Shown: in pieces, positions 20,233-31,377 of the stretch
How positions within the stretch are numbered: position 1 is the stretch's first letter
Layout: the number at the start of each line of letters is the position of its first letter
From: an uncultured Chthonomonadaceae bacterium
GTDB taxonomy: Bacteria > Armatimonadota > Chthonomonadetes > Chthonomonadales > Chthonomonadaceae
Direction of reading: 5' to 3'
DNA: 64,000 nucleotides
NCBI GenBank assembly: GCA_963817895.1
Contig: CAWFQB010000001.1
Coordinates: 1,248,001 to 1,312,000, forward strand
Position numbers and translations under genes: made by a program
Notes under the pieces: model-generated
The model's input: the letters and a program-made list of their open reading frames with translations, nothing else
Database searches by the model: none
What the model was told of the DNA's origin: nothing

Positions 20233-23155
20233 ATGAATGAACTGAATATTCGCCCCGCCGCGACCGAAATACCCCGCCCCGAACACCCGCGCCCCGACTT
20301 TATGCGCCAGCCCTGGGTGAATCTCAACGGCACATGGCGCTTCACGTTCGACCCGCGCAATGTGGGCGAACAGGATAGATGGCATCGCGTTACGCACCCG
20401 GAACTTCGGACGCAGGCGGGCATTTTGAACTCCGACCCGTTTGGCGATCATATTGTCGTCCCGTTTCCATGGGAAAGCGCATTGTCTGGCATCGGCGAAA
20501 CCGAGTACAAGGGCGCGGCGTGGTATCAGCGATTGTTGGAAGTTCCCGAAGCGTGGGCTTCCGAAGACGCAGGCAGTGGCCCCAAAAACGCGCGCGGCCT
20601 GCCCGGAATGGAAGAATCGGCCACATCCGTTACGGCGTTAGGCGCGAATGTCGTCTGGCGCGTCCGTCCGTTTCTGTGCTTCGGCGCGGTGGATTGGAGC
20701 GCGAAAGTATGGATCAACGGGCGCTTTGTGGGCGAACACGTTGGCGGCTACACCCCCTTTGAACTGGATATTTCGCGCTACGTCCGTCCCGGCAAGCCCG
20801 CCACGCTGACCGTCCGGGTTTACGACGCCTGCGACGCGGATACCCTGCTCGGCAAGCAGACAACCGACTGGTACAACCATTCCGGCGGCATCTGGCAAAC
20901 CGTATGGCTGGAGGGCCGCGCCCCGACTTACATTCAGCATATCCACGTCACGCCCAACATCGAAACCGGGGAAGCACTGTTCGCCGTCACTGTTGTGGGC
21001 GCGGAAAACCAACCCTGCCGCGTCACCATTTCCTCACCCAAAAACGAATTCCCCGATACCCATGCCGACGTGTCCCCTGACGGAACCGCTCTCCTCCCCA
21101 TTTCCGTTCCCAATCCCCACCTCTGGTCCCCCGAGCATCCACATTTGTACGACGCGGTGGTACGTTTGGAGGAAGAAAAGGAGAAAAGGAGAAAAGGAGA
21201 AGAGGAGACAGAAAATACGCAGTCGAAAATCGAAAATCGAAAATCGAAAATCGAAAATGACGAAGTCGTTACCTACTTCGGACTGCGCAGCGTGACGCGG
21301 GGAAAGTGGAAGGACAAGCCGTATGAGTACGTTTTGCTCAACGGCGAACCGGTGTATTTGCGGGGCGCGTTGGATCAGGCGTTTACGCCGGACGGCCTTC
21401 ATGCCTATGCGACGGATGACGCGATACGGCAGGATATTCAGATCGCCCGCGACATGGGGCTGAACATGCTGCGCTGCCATATCAAGGTGAACGATCCGCG
21501 CTACTACTACTGGGCGGACAAGTTGGGCGTGTTGATGATGTACGACCTGCCTTCCGCCAGTTTGTACACGCCGACGGCGCGGGCGCACTGGGAAGCGACA
21601 ATGCGCGACGCCTTTCAGCGCGATGGCTCGCACCCGTGCATTATCGCGTGGATTCTGTTCAACGAAACGTGGGGGCTGGAAGAGCATCAGACGCCCGCAA
21701 GCTGGAACTGGGTACGGGAGATGTTCGCGCTGGCAAAATCGCTGGATTCGACCCGGCTGATCGAGGACAATTCCGCGTGTCTGTACGACCACGTTCAAAC
21801 CGACATCAACACGTGGCACTTCTACATCAGCAATTACGACCGGGCGCGGCGGCACGTTCAGCGCGTGGTGGACCTGACGTATGAGGGTTCGCCGTTCAAC
21901 TATGTCGGGCACGAGTACAGGCATGTCGAGGGTTCTGAGGAGTTCAAGCAGGGAATCGAGCCGCTGCTCAACAGCGAGTACGCGGGATTGGGCGCGTCAG
22001 GCGGCGACAAGGACATTTCGTACACGTTCAAGTACCTGACGACGGAACTGCGCCGCCATGCCAAAATCTGCGGCTACGTGTACACGGAACTGACCGACAT
22101 CGAATGGGAACACAACGGCTTTGTCAATTACGACCGCTCGGCCAAAGGTTATGGCTACGAACAGGCGTTTCCCGGCATGAGCGTGGCCGACCTGAACGGC
22201 GCGGACTTCATCGGGCTGGACTGCGCCCCCTGCAAAACGCTTGCGCCGGGTTCCGCGTGGAGCTGCGCCCCTGTTCGTGTCGCATTGGGACAAAAAGCGC
22301 ATGGAAACCGCGCAGGTCTGCTGGCACATTACTTCCATTGACAATTCGGGCGAAACACATTTGCTGGACGAGGGCAGGCGCGAAATCCGCCCGGAACAGT
22401 ACGATGTAACGGACGCGGGCGCGCTGGAAATAACCTGCCCCAACGGACACGCGCTGCTGACAGTCGCGTTCTGGCTGGAAGATGAACACGGCAACAGTTC
22501 GCGCCCGCAACTACGTCAACATAGATGTACACGACGGCAAGCCGCTAAGACCGCTGGAACGGACGGCACAGGGCTACGCGCTGCGGTTCGCGCCGGGCGA
22601 TTATCTGGAAACCTCGCGGCAAAATCCCACCGTAGGCGGAAACGGCAACAAATTCGTTTGTGGCGGCGCGGGTTGGATAGATTACGCGCTCAAACTGCCG
22701 GAAAGAGTCGACGCGAACGCGATTCAGGGCCTGCGCGTTGTGTTCGAGGCGGGCGTCAAGGACGGCGGGCGGGCGCATGGGCTGGAAGCGGACATGGCAC
22801 GAAGTCCGGCAACAGCTACCCGCAAACCCATGCCGCGCAGAAGGGCAGCCGGGTTCAAGTGAGCATCAACGGCGTATCGCTCGGTGAGGCCACGATTGCC
22901 GACGATCCCGCCGATGCGCGGGGCGTGTTGAGCGCGCATTTGCACGAAAACTTCGAGTTCGCGTCCTACGGCTTCCTGACAACGCTTCAGGTAGATGCGG
23001 CAAAAGCGCGTGAGATTCTGGCGGCAAGCGAAAACGGCGAGATTATTGTCCGCTTCGAGGTTCCCCGCGTTGCGGGAGCCAACGGCCTGAATCTATACGG
23101 CGAACGTATGGGCGCGTACCCCGTCGCCCCGACTGTGTTTCTGGATATGGAATAG
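20233..23155 (+). CDS. Glycoside hydrolase family 2 (several frameshifts in the 3' third)
   Basis: PRPEHPRPDF, NLNGTWRF, FGAVDW, HVGGYTPF, GGIWQTVWLE, LRGALDQ, LRCHIK, FNETWG, NSEY, GYVYTELTDIE. Confidence 0.9.
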
Positions 23156-23156
23156 T

Positions 23157-23395
23157 ACCTCACCCCCGGCCCCTCTCCTTGCCGCGCAACGCGCTAGGAG
23201 AGGGGTGACTATTGATTAGCCTCCATGAACTCCGTTCACCATAGAGCATTAAAACAAGCGGCTCCCCTTCTCCCAAGCTTTTTTGGGAGAAGGGGCCGGG
23301 GGTTGAGGGCTATTTTCAGAACAGAGCATCTACCAATTACGCTCTCCCCTCTCCTGGCGCGTTGCGCGGCAAGGAGAGGGGCCGGGGGTGAGGTA
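23157..23395. repeat. Three-unit REP-like cluster between convergent genes
   Basis: CCTCACCCCCGGCCCCTCTCC...GGAGAGGGG, then two reverse copies; the last one encodes the C-terminus of the DUF3445 ORF. Confidence 0.85.
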
Positions 23396-24310
23396 AAGGC
23401 GTTTGTCAAGATACGCCAGCAGCGTGTCGAAGTAGGGCCTCATGCCTTTGTAGGTGATGAGGGCGGCGGGGTAGTCGCGCAGGACGGCGGTAAGGCGGCG
23501 CAGTCGGGCGGGGTCGCAAATCACGTCTTCCAGCGGGTTGAGGTAGGTGTGGATAGTGAAGAGAATGCCGCGCGTATGGGGCAGGCGAGTCAGGGTTTGC
23601 CGCTCCACGCGGAAGAAAAAGCGTTCTGCGGCGTTGTCGAGCGTGATGCCGTAGCGGTTCTGGTGCCATTCCCCTGCCAGACGGGGAGCGAGGTTGAGTT
23701 GGTCATTGCAGGTCACGCTCCAGTTCAGGCGGGCTACGGAGCGATTGGGCTTGAGGCGGCGCATCAGCAGGTCGGAAGGCGTTCCCACCTGCGAACGAAA
23801 ACCCGGCACATCGTCATGGATGTTCAGAAACGACACGCCCATTTTGTCATCCAGACACCACGCGGAACCGAAGCACAAATGCCCGCCCGCGCAAATCGCT
23901 TCCCCCTCCTCGCCCTCCCGCATCAGAATCAAATCCTCCTGAACCTGCCGCCCCATCCAGTCCAGCGGAGGCAACGGCAGCGTTGACGTATCTCCCAATG
24001 TAAACGTCGTTATCGTATTCAGCAGATGATTCGTCCACGTCCAGCGGTTGTCTTCCTGTTGCAGCGCGAAATGCTGCGGCAGATTGGCAGCCATATCGGG
24101 CAGCAGCAGTTCCAGCATTTCCCACGCGAGGGGTTCCGTTTCGGGCGGGCATTGCGCGTAATAATGCGGATTCGACGCAAGGATTTCCGACTTCAGCGCG
24201 ATCTCGGCGTGGTAGTGGTCCAGTTCCACTTCGATCAGGGAAGCCACGCCCGCCTGCGCGTCCATCGTCAGTTGGTATTTGTCACCGGTAAGAGGAAAAT
24301 AGGGCAGCAT
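23330..24310 (-). CDS. DUF3445 / heme-dependent oxidative N-demethylase alpha-like protein
   Basis: VQEDLILM, LCFGSAWCLDDKMG, IHDDVPG, RLNWS, FRVERQTLTRLP, ILFTIHTY. Confidence 0.88.
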   Translation of the reverse strand: MLPYFPLTGDKYQLTMDAQAGVASLIEVELDHYHAEIALKSEILASNPHYYAQCPPETEPLAWEMLELLLPDMAANLPQHFALQQEDNRWTWTNHLLNTITTFTLGDTSTLPLPPLDWMGRQVQEDLILMREGEEGEAICAGGHLCFGSAWCLDDKMGVSFLNIHDDVPGFRSQVGTPSDLLMRRLKPNRSVARLNWSVTCNDQLNLAPRLAGEWHQNRYGITLDNAAERFFFRVERQTLTRLPHTRGILFTIHTYLNPLEDVICDPARLRRLTAVLRDYPAALITYKGMRPYFDTLLAYLDKRLYLTPGPSPCRATRQERGERNW

Positions 24311-24457
24311 ACTCTATTATAGCCGACGAACCTGCTCAATCCGCGCAGTTTTTGGGTGGCCTCTACCCGCTTCAGGCGTAAACCGCTATGGTATAATGAA
24401 GTGCAACAGGCCATACGGAACGTTTTGTATTCTGAGTGAAGAAGGTCCCACAAAATT

Positions 24458-24818
24458 ATGACGCTGACAATTACTCTTCAACCGGATATGGAAGCGCGTT
24501 TTCGCGCTGAAAGCGATTCACGCGGGAACAACACCGGAACAACTGGCGGCGCAGCGTCTTCTCGAAGTGGAACTCCTGTGGCGCATCCGCATTGCCACGC
24601 CGGAAACTGAAACGCGCGAACTGCATCGCCTGCTGCGGCGCGGCAAAGCCGGAACATTGCGTCAAGACGAACACGTTCGACTGCAAACCCTTTTGGATGC
24701 GCGGGAAGAACGCGCCGCGCAACGGTTGGAAGACCTGATCTAGCTTTCCCGTTTGTGCGCCATTCCGGTACGCCAACTTATGGACCATTTAGGTATTTGT
24801 CCTCTTCCGACTCCCTGA
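24458..24818 (+). pseudogene. Antitoxin-like partner of the HNH gene; frameshift plus in-frame TAG
   Basis: MTLTITLQPDMEARFRAES.../TTPEQLAAQRL...GTLRQDEHVRLQTLLDAREERAAQRLEDLI*LSRL..LMDHLGI. Confidence 0.6.
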
Positions 24819-24820
24819 CC

Positions 24821-25258
24821 ATGAGACGCAAGATACCAATACTTCGGCGCAGACAGGTTATCACGCGGGCGCAGGGCCGCTGTGAATACTGCCAATCCCC
24901 GGAAGACTTCTCGCTGGATACTTTCACCGTAGATCATATTCAGCCGGTTGCCGCTTCGGGAAGTAACGAGTTGGACAATCTTGCCTTCGCCTGCCACAAC
25001 TGCAACAATCGCAAACAGGACGATACAGCCGTTCTGGATGCGCAAACCGGTGAGCAGGTTCCCCTCTATCATCCTCGCGATGACGTGTGTAGTGACCACT
25101 TTGTTTGGAGTGAGGATGCTTTGAGCATCCTGCCTCTGACAGCTACCGGGCGTGTCACTATCGCTCGCTTGCAACTAAATCGGCGTGGCGCGGTAAACAT
25201 CCGCCGCGCGTTATTGGCGCTCGGCGAAGAGCATCCATCGGGCAGGCGTCAAGCGTGA
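24821..25258 (+). CDS. HNH endonuclease
   Basis: RAQGRCEYC, VDHIQP, LDNLAFACHNCN, LYHPR, GRVTIARLQLN. Confidence 0.9.
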   Translation: MRRKIPILRRRQVITRAQGRCEYCQSPEDFSLDTFTVDHIQPVAASGSNELDNLAFACHNCNNRKQDDTAVLDAQTGEQVPLYHPRDDVCSDHFVWSEDALSILPLTATGRVTIARLQLNRRGAVNIRRALLALGEEHPSGRRQA

Positions 25259-25393
25259 ACCGCCCGGGTTTCAGACAACGTTACAAAGTTTGATAGAAGC
25301 GGCAAACCCGCGAAGGCGTGTTTCGTTACCACAGCCGCGCAATTCATTGCACGGACTTTTTGTATAGGCTTCCCGTATCACACAGCCTATCTT

Positions 25394-26416
25394 CTAACCT
25401 GCATAAGGGCGAAACTCCTCGTAATGATCTTTCAGGTAGGCGGACAGGTCCGCCCACTCCGTGCCGTTTTTCAACAGATTGGGATAAGCATCGCGTATTT
25501 TCTTGTAGATTACGGAGAGCCTTGCCCGTATTGCTGGCTCGGTAGTGCCGTAATGCTCGGCAAGCGTGCTTTTAGTCGCCCCTTGATGTAGGAATTCCAG
25601 CAGTTCCCTCTGCTCAAGAGTCAAATCTAATTGGGGACGCCGAATAGTGACGTTATTGTACACCACACTTCCGGGTTCCAGCATCGTTCGGTCTACCCAA
25701 GTCAAGAACAAGCGATGCTGGTCAGAAATATGGCTGTTTTGCGCATAGTATTTTTTATACTCTTTGATCTGAAAACCCAATCTCGGCACCTGCATTTTCG
25801 CCGCCAGGCTGAAGGGTTCATTGATGGCACCTTCCAGCCAATAGCCCTTGTGTATCTCTGTAACCGCCTCATAGACGGCTTGCGCAAAGGCGTGAACTCC
25901 CGGCAGAGAGTTCAAAATCTCATCTTCCTGCCATGCGAAGTAGAACGAAAACAGGCCATCACGCCCTTCTCGAGCGTTTGCCTGCGCGACCTCGCTACGG
26001 GCCAGAATAGGCGATTTGTTCAGCCTGTTCGCCCGATGATGCTGATCGTACAACCGGGTACAAATGCGCGGTTCTAACGTTTGCGCTTCTGCGCAGCGGA
26101 GTATTTCTCGATAAAACTCCCCTCTCACGAAACATTGGAAACAAAACCCAACCGGGCGAGGCTGAATGCCCCACTCGCTGGAACGGCTGGGGATATCTTC
26201 AGTTTGCTCAATCATCGCCAGGGACATTCTCTTCTCAATCAGCAGTTGCTTCCACACCTCCGGCAAATAGTTGTCCAAACTCGTTCCATAAGCAGGACTT
26301 TGTCGGGCAAGCATCAGGCAACGGGCAATATCCTCCTCATAACCCATGGAGCCGACAGTCTGGTACGAATCAGCATCTTTCTTGAAGACATTCACCATGC
26401 GAAAGGATACATTCAT
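25394..26416 (-). CDS. Putative transcriptional regulator: unknown N-domain plus C-terminal LuxR/sigma4-like HTH
   Basis: LTLEQRELLEFLHQGATKSTLAEHYGTTEPAIRARLSVIYKKI, ending LSAYLKDHYEEFRP. Confidence 0.7.
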   Translation of the reverse strand: MNVSFRMVNVFKKDADSYQTVGSMGYEEDIARCLMLARQSPAYGTSLDNYLPEVWKQLLIEKRMSLAMIEQTEDIPSRSSEWGIQPRPVGFCFQCFVRGEFYREILRCAEAQTLEPRICTRLYDQHHRANRLNKSPILARSEVAQANAREGRDGLFSFYFAWQEDEILNSLPGVHAFAQAVYEAVTEIHKGYWLEGAINEPFSLAAKMQVPRLGFQIKEYKKYYAQNSHISDQHRLFLTWVDRTMLEPGSVVYNNVTIRRPQLDLTLEQRELLEFLHQGATKSTLAEHYGTTEPAIRARLSVIYKKIRDAYPNLLKNGTEWADLSAYLKDHYEEFRPYAG

Positions 26417-26471
26417 CGGGAACCTCTTTATGGGAGAAAAAGAAACGTGAATATTATAAACTCCCTTATCG

Positions 26472-26495
26472 TACTCCTCACAAGTGTGAGGAGTA
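26472..26495. promoter_or_regulatory. Perfect operator-like palindrome
   Basis: TACTCCTCACA-AG-TGTGAGGAGTA in the divergent intergenic region. Confidence 0.6.
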
Positions 26496-26686
26496 GTGTT
26501 TTCAGGGTGGTATACACTGTGAATATTCGTTCAAACGAACAATATTTCCTTCTGATTTTCTGTAACAGCCGCAAATTGCCCTCTGGAAGAACGCAATTTT
26601 ACAGAGAACACTTGATTTACCCTTGTGCCACATTCCAAGTTCACACTTGTTTTCAGCGCTCACTTCTCTTGGAAGGAGAACCGTTT

Positions 26687-27661
26687 ATGCTTCGCTTTCG
26701 TTCTCGCATCCTTTTCCTATTGAGCGGTATTGCCGCGCTCTGCTTTTCTCCCATGCAGGCCAACGCCCAAATGGTACTGACGGCAAATGCGATTGCCGCC
26801 GGTTTCCAACTAACAACCTTCGCTTCCGGCTTTCCGTCCATCGGCAGCGTTGGCCCGCTCGGTATCGCCTTCAATGGCAGCCAGGTTATCGTCAGCGACA
26901 ATCCTGGGAATGTGCGTGTCTTTCCCACCGACACGGATGGACAGTCGGCAGGTTCTGTTTCTGTTGGGCATAACTATGGATATGGATACGCCTCCGGACT
27001 TACTCTTGCCAATGGCCGCTACTACATGTCGCAGTATTTCGGCAATCTTGTTCAGATCAATGCCAACGGAACCTTCAATCAGACAATCATGACCGGACTC
27101 TCACATCTCGAAGGCATCACCACCAATCCGGTCAATGGACACCTGTTCCTTTCCGTAGATAGCGGCATTCTTGACATTGATCCAATCGCCAAAACATCCA
27201 AGGTAATCAATGGTGTTCGCGTTGATGGCCTTACCACAGACGGAACCGTTGTGTATGGCGCAGCCAGCGACCGCATTTTAGGGTTCCGCATTAGTGATGG
27301 CCTTCAGGTCTTCGACTCTGGACACATCAACGGCGGGCCGGATGGAACAGCACTGGGCAATGGCACACTAACAGGCGATCTTTTCGTGAATACTAACGCC
27401 GGGCAGTTGTTGGAATACAACCTGACCGGTACACCGGTTGGAACCGTACTCGGAACAAACGGCTCACGCGGCGATTTTGTCACCGTAGACCCGAACGGAA
27501 CTTTACTGCTAACGCAAACTGATCGCATTTTGCGTCTCACCGCGCCTACAGGCGGCGGTTTCGGCAATACGCCTGAACCCGGCCCTATTGCCATGCTTCT
27601 CGCAGGCGGTTTAACCGGCGCAGGCTTTTTTATTCGCCGTCATCAAAAGCGATTAAGTTAG
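26687..27661 (+). CDS. PEP-CTERM exported beta-propeller-like protein
   Basis: GGAAGGAG RBS; signal peptide ending ANA-Q; GPLGIAF/GPDGTALG repeats; C-terminus TPEPGPIAMLLAGGLTGAGFFIRRHQKR. Confidence 0.9.
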   Translation: MLRFRSRILFLLSGIAALCFSPMQANAQMVLTANAIAAGFQLTTFASGFPSIGSVGPLGIAFNGSQVIVSDNPGNVRVFPTDTDGQSAGSVSVGHNYGYGYASGLTLANGRYYMSQYFGNLVQINANGTFNQTIMTGLSHLEGITTNPVNGHLFLSVDSGILDIDPIAKTSKVINGVRVDGLTTDGTVVYGAASDRILGFRISDGLQVFDSGHINGGPDGTALGNGTLTGDLFVNTNAGQLLEYNLTGTPVGTVLGTNGSRGDFVTVDPNGTLLLTQTDRILRLTAPTGGGFGNTPEPGPIAMLLAGGLTGAGFFIRRHQKRLS

Positions 27662-27786
27662 AGCAAGAATTGTGTCATTGAAGGTTCTTGCTTGCAGCAG
27701 CACAATCAAGCCTTACAACGAAGGTGCCGCCAATCGCGCTTTGAATTGCGAGTTGAAACCCGCTTTAACCCCGTCAAAGTTGTTTC

Positions 27787-27823
27787 GCAAGCCGAGGGCT
27801 GACATTATCAGCCCTCGGCTTGC
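27787..27823. repeat. Perfect 16-bp-stem hairpin (terminator or REP-like)
   Basis: GCAAGCCGAGGGCTGA-CATTA-TCAGCCCTCGGCTTGC; no U-tract. Confidence 0.6.
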
Positions 27824-27949
27824 CGCCGCCGCCGCAAGTCGGTGACATGATAATGTGAGGCGTAGGGTACAGGAAAAGTTGAGGTATAATCAGGATGTAT
27901 AGAGCAACCCGGTCAGGAACGGAATAATATAGCAACAGGAGAGGAAATA

Positions 27950-28162
27950 ATGACAGAGACGACAACAGAGCAAACACTGGAAACGCCGCGCCCCGAAGCG
28001 TCGCCACGCGCCTCGTTCATCACGCCGGAGATGATTGCCCGAAACCCGGTTCTCGCCGCCGCCGGATCCTTCGCCGGTGATCCGCTGTGGCAAGAGGTGC
28101 GTGAAGAGATCAAGCGCAACCGCGAACGGGACCGGTTGGAGGAAGAGCAGGCGCAAAAGTGA
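27950..28162 (+). CDS. Antitoxin-like small protein
   Basis: AGGAGAGG RBS; AGSFAGDPLWQEVREEIKRNR; GTGA overlap with the PIN remnant. Confidence 0.7.
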   Translation: MTETTTEQTLETPRPEASPRASFITPEMIARNPVLAAAGSFAGDPLWQEVREEIKRNRERDRLEEEQAQK

Positions 28163-28288
28163 TTGTCTATCTGCTCGACACCGATACGTTTTCTGGGTAT
28201 CTGAACGAGGGCGCCCTGCCTCTCTCCAACGCAAATCCCCGGCGTCAGCATTGAGGATTGGACAATGATGGAAGACGAATCGGCATAA
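28159..28288 (+). pseudogene. VapC/PIN toxin remnant with large internal deletion
   Basis: N-terminal VIVYLLDTDTFS joined almost directly to C-terminal QIPGVSIEDW. Confidence 0.7.
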
Positions 28289-28337
28289 CCGGGTCTAAAG
28301 GATACTGACTGCCAATCGCCAACCACCAACTATCAAA

Positions 28338-28565
28338 TCATAGCGAGGCCGCAACCGCCGATGTGCGCTCCGCGAGTTCGGTAAGTATGTTTCGCAAATC
28401 CTCGCGTCGCTCTGAAAAAGTGTCTGTCTCTTGTGCGGCGTCAGCCTCTATTCGTTCTAATTCCGCCGCCCGCGCCTCCAAAGCAATACGTTTTTGACGC
28501 ATCTGTTCGGTAGACTGCTCCAAGCGCCGATCAAACTCTTCGCGGCTAATTGTATCCAGTGTCAT
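28338..28565 (-). CDS. Hypothetical coiled-coil 75-aa protein
   Basis: AGGAG RBS; MTLDTISREEFDRRLEQ...; last gene of the signalling operon. Confidence 0.6.
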   Translation of the reverse strand: MTLDTISREEFDRRLEQSTEQMRQKRIALEARAAELERIEADAAQETDTFSERREDLRNILTELAERTSAVAASL

Positions 28566-28626
28566 CGGATCTTCTCCTGCTGAAAACGATAATTCCTGCT
28601 GCCAATCACCAGACACCAACCACCAA

Positions 28627-29866
28627 TTACCCTGTATTGTGCGACAGGGATACGGCGATGTCTACAATCGCGCCGCCACCTTCGCGGTTGTTGTAGTGCG
28701 CTTCGCCGCCCAAATCCCAGCGGCTCAGGTTTTCTACCAGTTCCAAACCCGTATTGGCGGTCAGGGCGGGATCGAAATCGGGGGCGAAACCCGGCCCGTC
28801 GTCGCATACTTGCAGAAGCGCTTTGTCGCTGATTCACTTTCAGGGTCACTTCCACCATGCCCTTGCCGTGTTTCAGAGCGTTGCTGACCAGTTCATTGGT
28901 GACAAGCGCGAGGGACGTCCCCTGCCGCGCCGATAATCGCGCGTCTTCGATGTAAAATTTTATGGCGCGTCCGCCCGCCCCCTCTTGCAGCATCGGCAGC
29001 AGGGTTCCCAATACCTGTTTCGCCGACAGCCAGTGCGCTTCCCCGTCCGCTTTGGCCTGCTGCGTCAGAATGTCATGGACGCCCGCGAGAGTTCGCACGT
29101 AACTGCCCAGCCGGTGAATTTCGTGCGACGAGATGGACGGCGTACCTTCCATCAGGCGCATGTCAATCATGGCGGCGATCAGTTGCAGGTTGTTCTTGAC
29201 GCGGTGATGCGTTTCCGTCATGGCCTGCTGCAAGCGCATATTGAGCGACTTCGACATACGCGCGATTCTCCTCCAGAGTGGCCTCGGCTTTGCGCCGCTC
29301 CGCCACTTCCGTTTCCAGCTCTTTATTGGCTGTCTGCAGCGCGGCCGTTCGCTCCCTGACGCGCCGCTCCAATTCCGAATTCAGTTTGCGCACTTCCTGC
29401 TCGGCCTGCTTGCGCCTTGCCACTTCCGCTTTCAGTTCCTGCGTCTTTTTGTACAGTTCGACAAAGGCGGCCACTTTCGCCCGCAATACATCCGGGTCGA
29501 ACGGCTTGAACACGTAATCCACCGCGCCCGACCGAGTAGCCGTGCGTGACATGCGTATCGCTTTTGTTGATGGCCGTTAAAAACAGAATGGGCGTATGCT
29601 GAGGATTTGGCGCGGGCGCGGATCATCGTGGCGGTTTCAAAGCCGTCCATTTCGGGCATCTGCACGTCCAGCAGAATCACGGCAAACTCTTCGCGCAGAA
29701 CGTGTTTGAGCGCTTCCATGCCCGAACGAGCCGTGACAAGGGTTTGCCCCAGATCGCTCAGAACGGATTCCAGCGCAATCAGATTTTCAGGCCGATCATC
29801 CACGAGCAGAATGCTCATTTTGGGTTCCGTTTGTGGTTCGGACAATGCGGCTTCGGAAACAGGCAT
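28627..29866 (-). CDS. Receiver domain + HisKA_2-type histidine kinase (multiple frameshifts)
   Basis: ILLVDD, LLDVQMPEMDG, GAVDYVFKP, ETHHRVKNNLQ, NELVSNALKHG. Confidence 0.88.
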
Positions 29867-29876
29867 GAGGTCGCTC

Positions 29877-30444
29877 CTACGCGGCAGGACATAGGCGGGC
29901 CAACAGCGGGGCTATGTCGGCTAAGGGCAGCACGTAATCGGGCGTGGCGGCGCGGATGGCGGCTTCGGGCATCATCGCGCACTCGGCTTCTTCGGGCGAC
30001 TGCACAACGAGGGTTCCGCCCCTGTGTTTTAACCGCTGCCGCGCCTTTCGCGCCGTCGTAATTGGCCCCGGTCAGAACAACGCCAATGACATTCCGGCCC
30101 AATGCCTCGGCAGCGGTTTCAAACAGCACATCTATGCTCGGACGCGCGTAACTCACCGGCCCGTCCGTGGTCAGCGCAAACGTCCCGTCTTCAATCAGCA
30201 AATGATAGTCGGCAGGGGCCACATAGATGCGTCCCGGCACAATCGGTTCCTTATCGCACGGTTCGCGAACGGGCAGAGCGCAATTCCGTCGCAAAATCAC
30301 TTGCAACTGGCTGCGCGGGTCCGCCATCCGATGCTGCACGACTGCAATTGCCGCCCCCAACGCTGCCGGCAGTCCGCCCAACACGATTTTCAGCGCGTTC
30401 AAGCCGCCTAATGATGTGCCGATGACGATAATGCGGGTATTCAT
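29877..30444 (-). CDS. cheB: CheB-type methylesterase domain protein (frameshifts)
   Basis: IGTSLGG, VVQH, YVAPADYHLL, RPSIDVLF, LTGANYDGAKG. Confidence 0.88.
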
Positions 30445-31257
30445 CGTATCCTCCGGTACAACTTGTGTCCCGGTTCCAGCAGTTCGTAATCTTTTTCGTG
30501 CGGCAGGAATTGCAGGGATTCTTTGCTGCCGACTCCCAAAATACCGAACATCGCCAGACTGTCGTACAGCAGGGTGTGAACCCGTTCCTGCAAGGCGCGG
30601 GTGAAGTAGATCATCACATTGCGGCACATAATGACGTTGAACTCGTTGAACGAGCCGTCCGAGGCCAGATTGTGCTGCGAAAAGATGATGTTCTCTTTCA
30701 GGGATTGCCGGAACAGGCCACTGCCATACGCGCCCGTGTAGTAGTCGCTGAACGCGCCCGTCCCGCCCGCCTGCTGATAGTTATCGGCATAGACTCGGGC
30801 GTGTTCCAGGGAGAAAATGCCCTCTTTGGCCCGTTTCAGTACCGCCTCATCCATATCCGTCGCGTAAATCCGGCAGCGGTCGTACAGGCCCTCCTCGTGC
30901 AGCAAAATCGCCATCGAGTAGACCTCTTCGCCCGTCGAGCAGCCCGCGTGCCAGATGCGAACAAACGGATAGGTGCGCAGAAGCGGAACCACTTTCTGCC
31001 GAAACGTGACGAAGAATTCCGGGTCGCGAAACACAGCCGTGACGTTGACGGAAAGGGCGAGCAGAAACCGCTTCATGCTTTCCGGCTCGTGCAGAATCCG
31101 CTCCTGCAAGCCGGAAACGCGTCGCCAGTTTCTCGGTTTCCATGAACGCCGCAATCCGCCGCTTCAGCGACGCGGGCGCGTACTGCCGAAAGTCGTACCC
31201 ATACCGCTGAAATACGGCTTCCAGCAGCAGATCGCGTTCGAGTTGTTCAAGTTCCAT
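30441..31257 (-). CDS. cheR: CheR-type methyltransferase (frameshift near 31125)
   Basis: YGYDFRQYA, VNVTAVFRDP, IWHAGCSTGEEVYS, YATD, CRNVMIYF. Confidence 0.9.
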
Positions 31258-31377
31258 AGGTGTTCGGTGTTCGGTGTTTGGTATTCGGTATTTGGCATTA
31301 TGCGTGTCAGGGTCACTGCACAGAACATCGCTAAGAGGGGTGCGCCGAACACCGAATTACCAAACACCGAACACCGA

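Noticed and set aside
26081..26686. 200-aa N-terminal extension of the PEP-CTERM ORF
   Set aside because: It overlaps the opposite-strand regulator; the RBS and signal peptide indicate a start at 26687.
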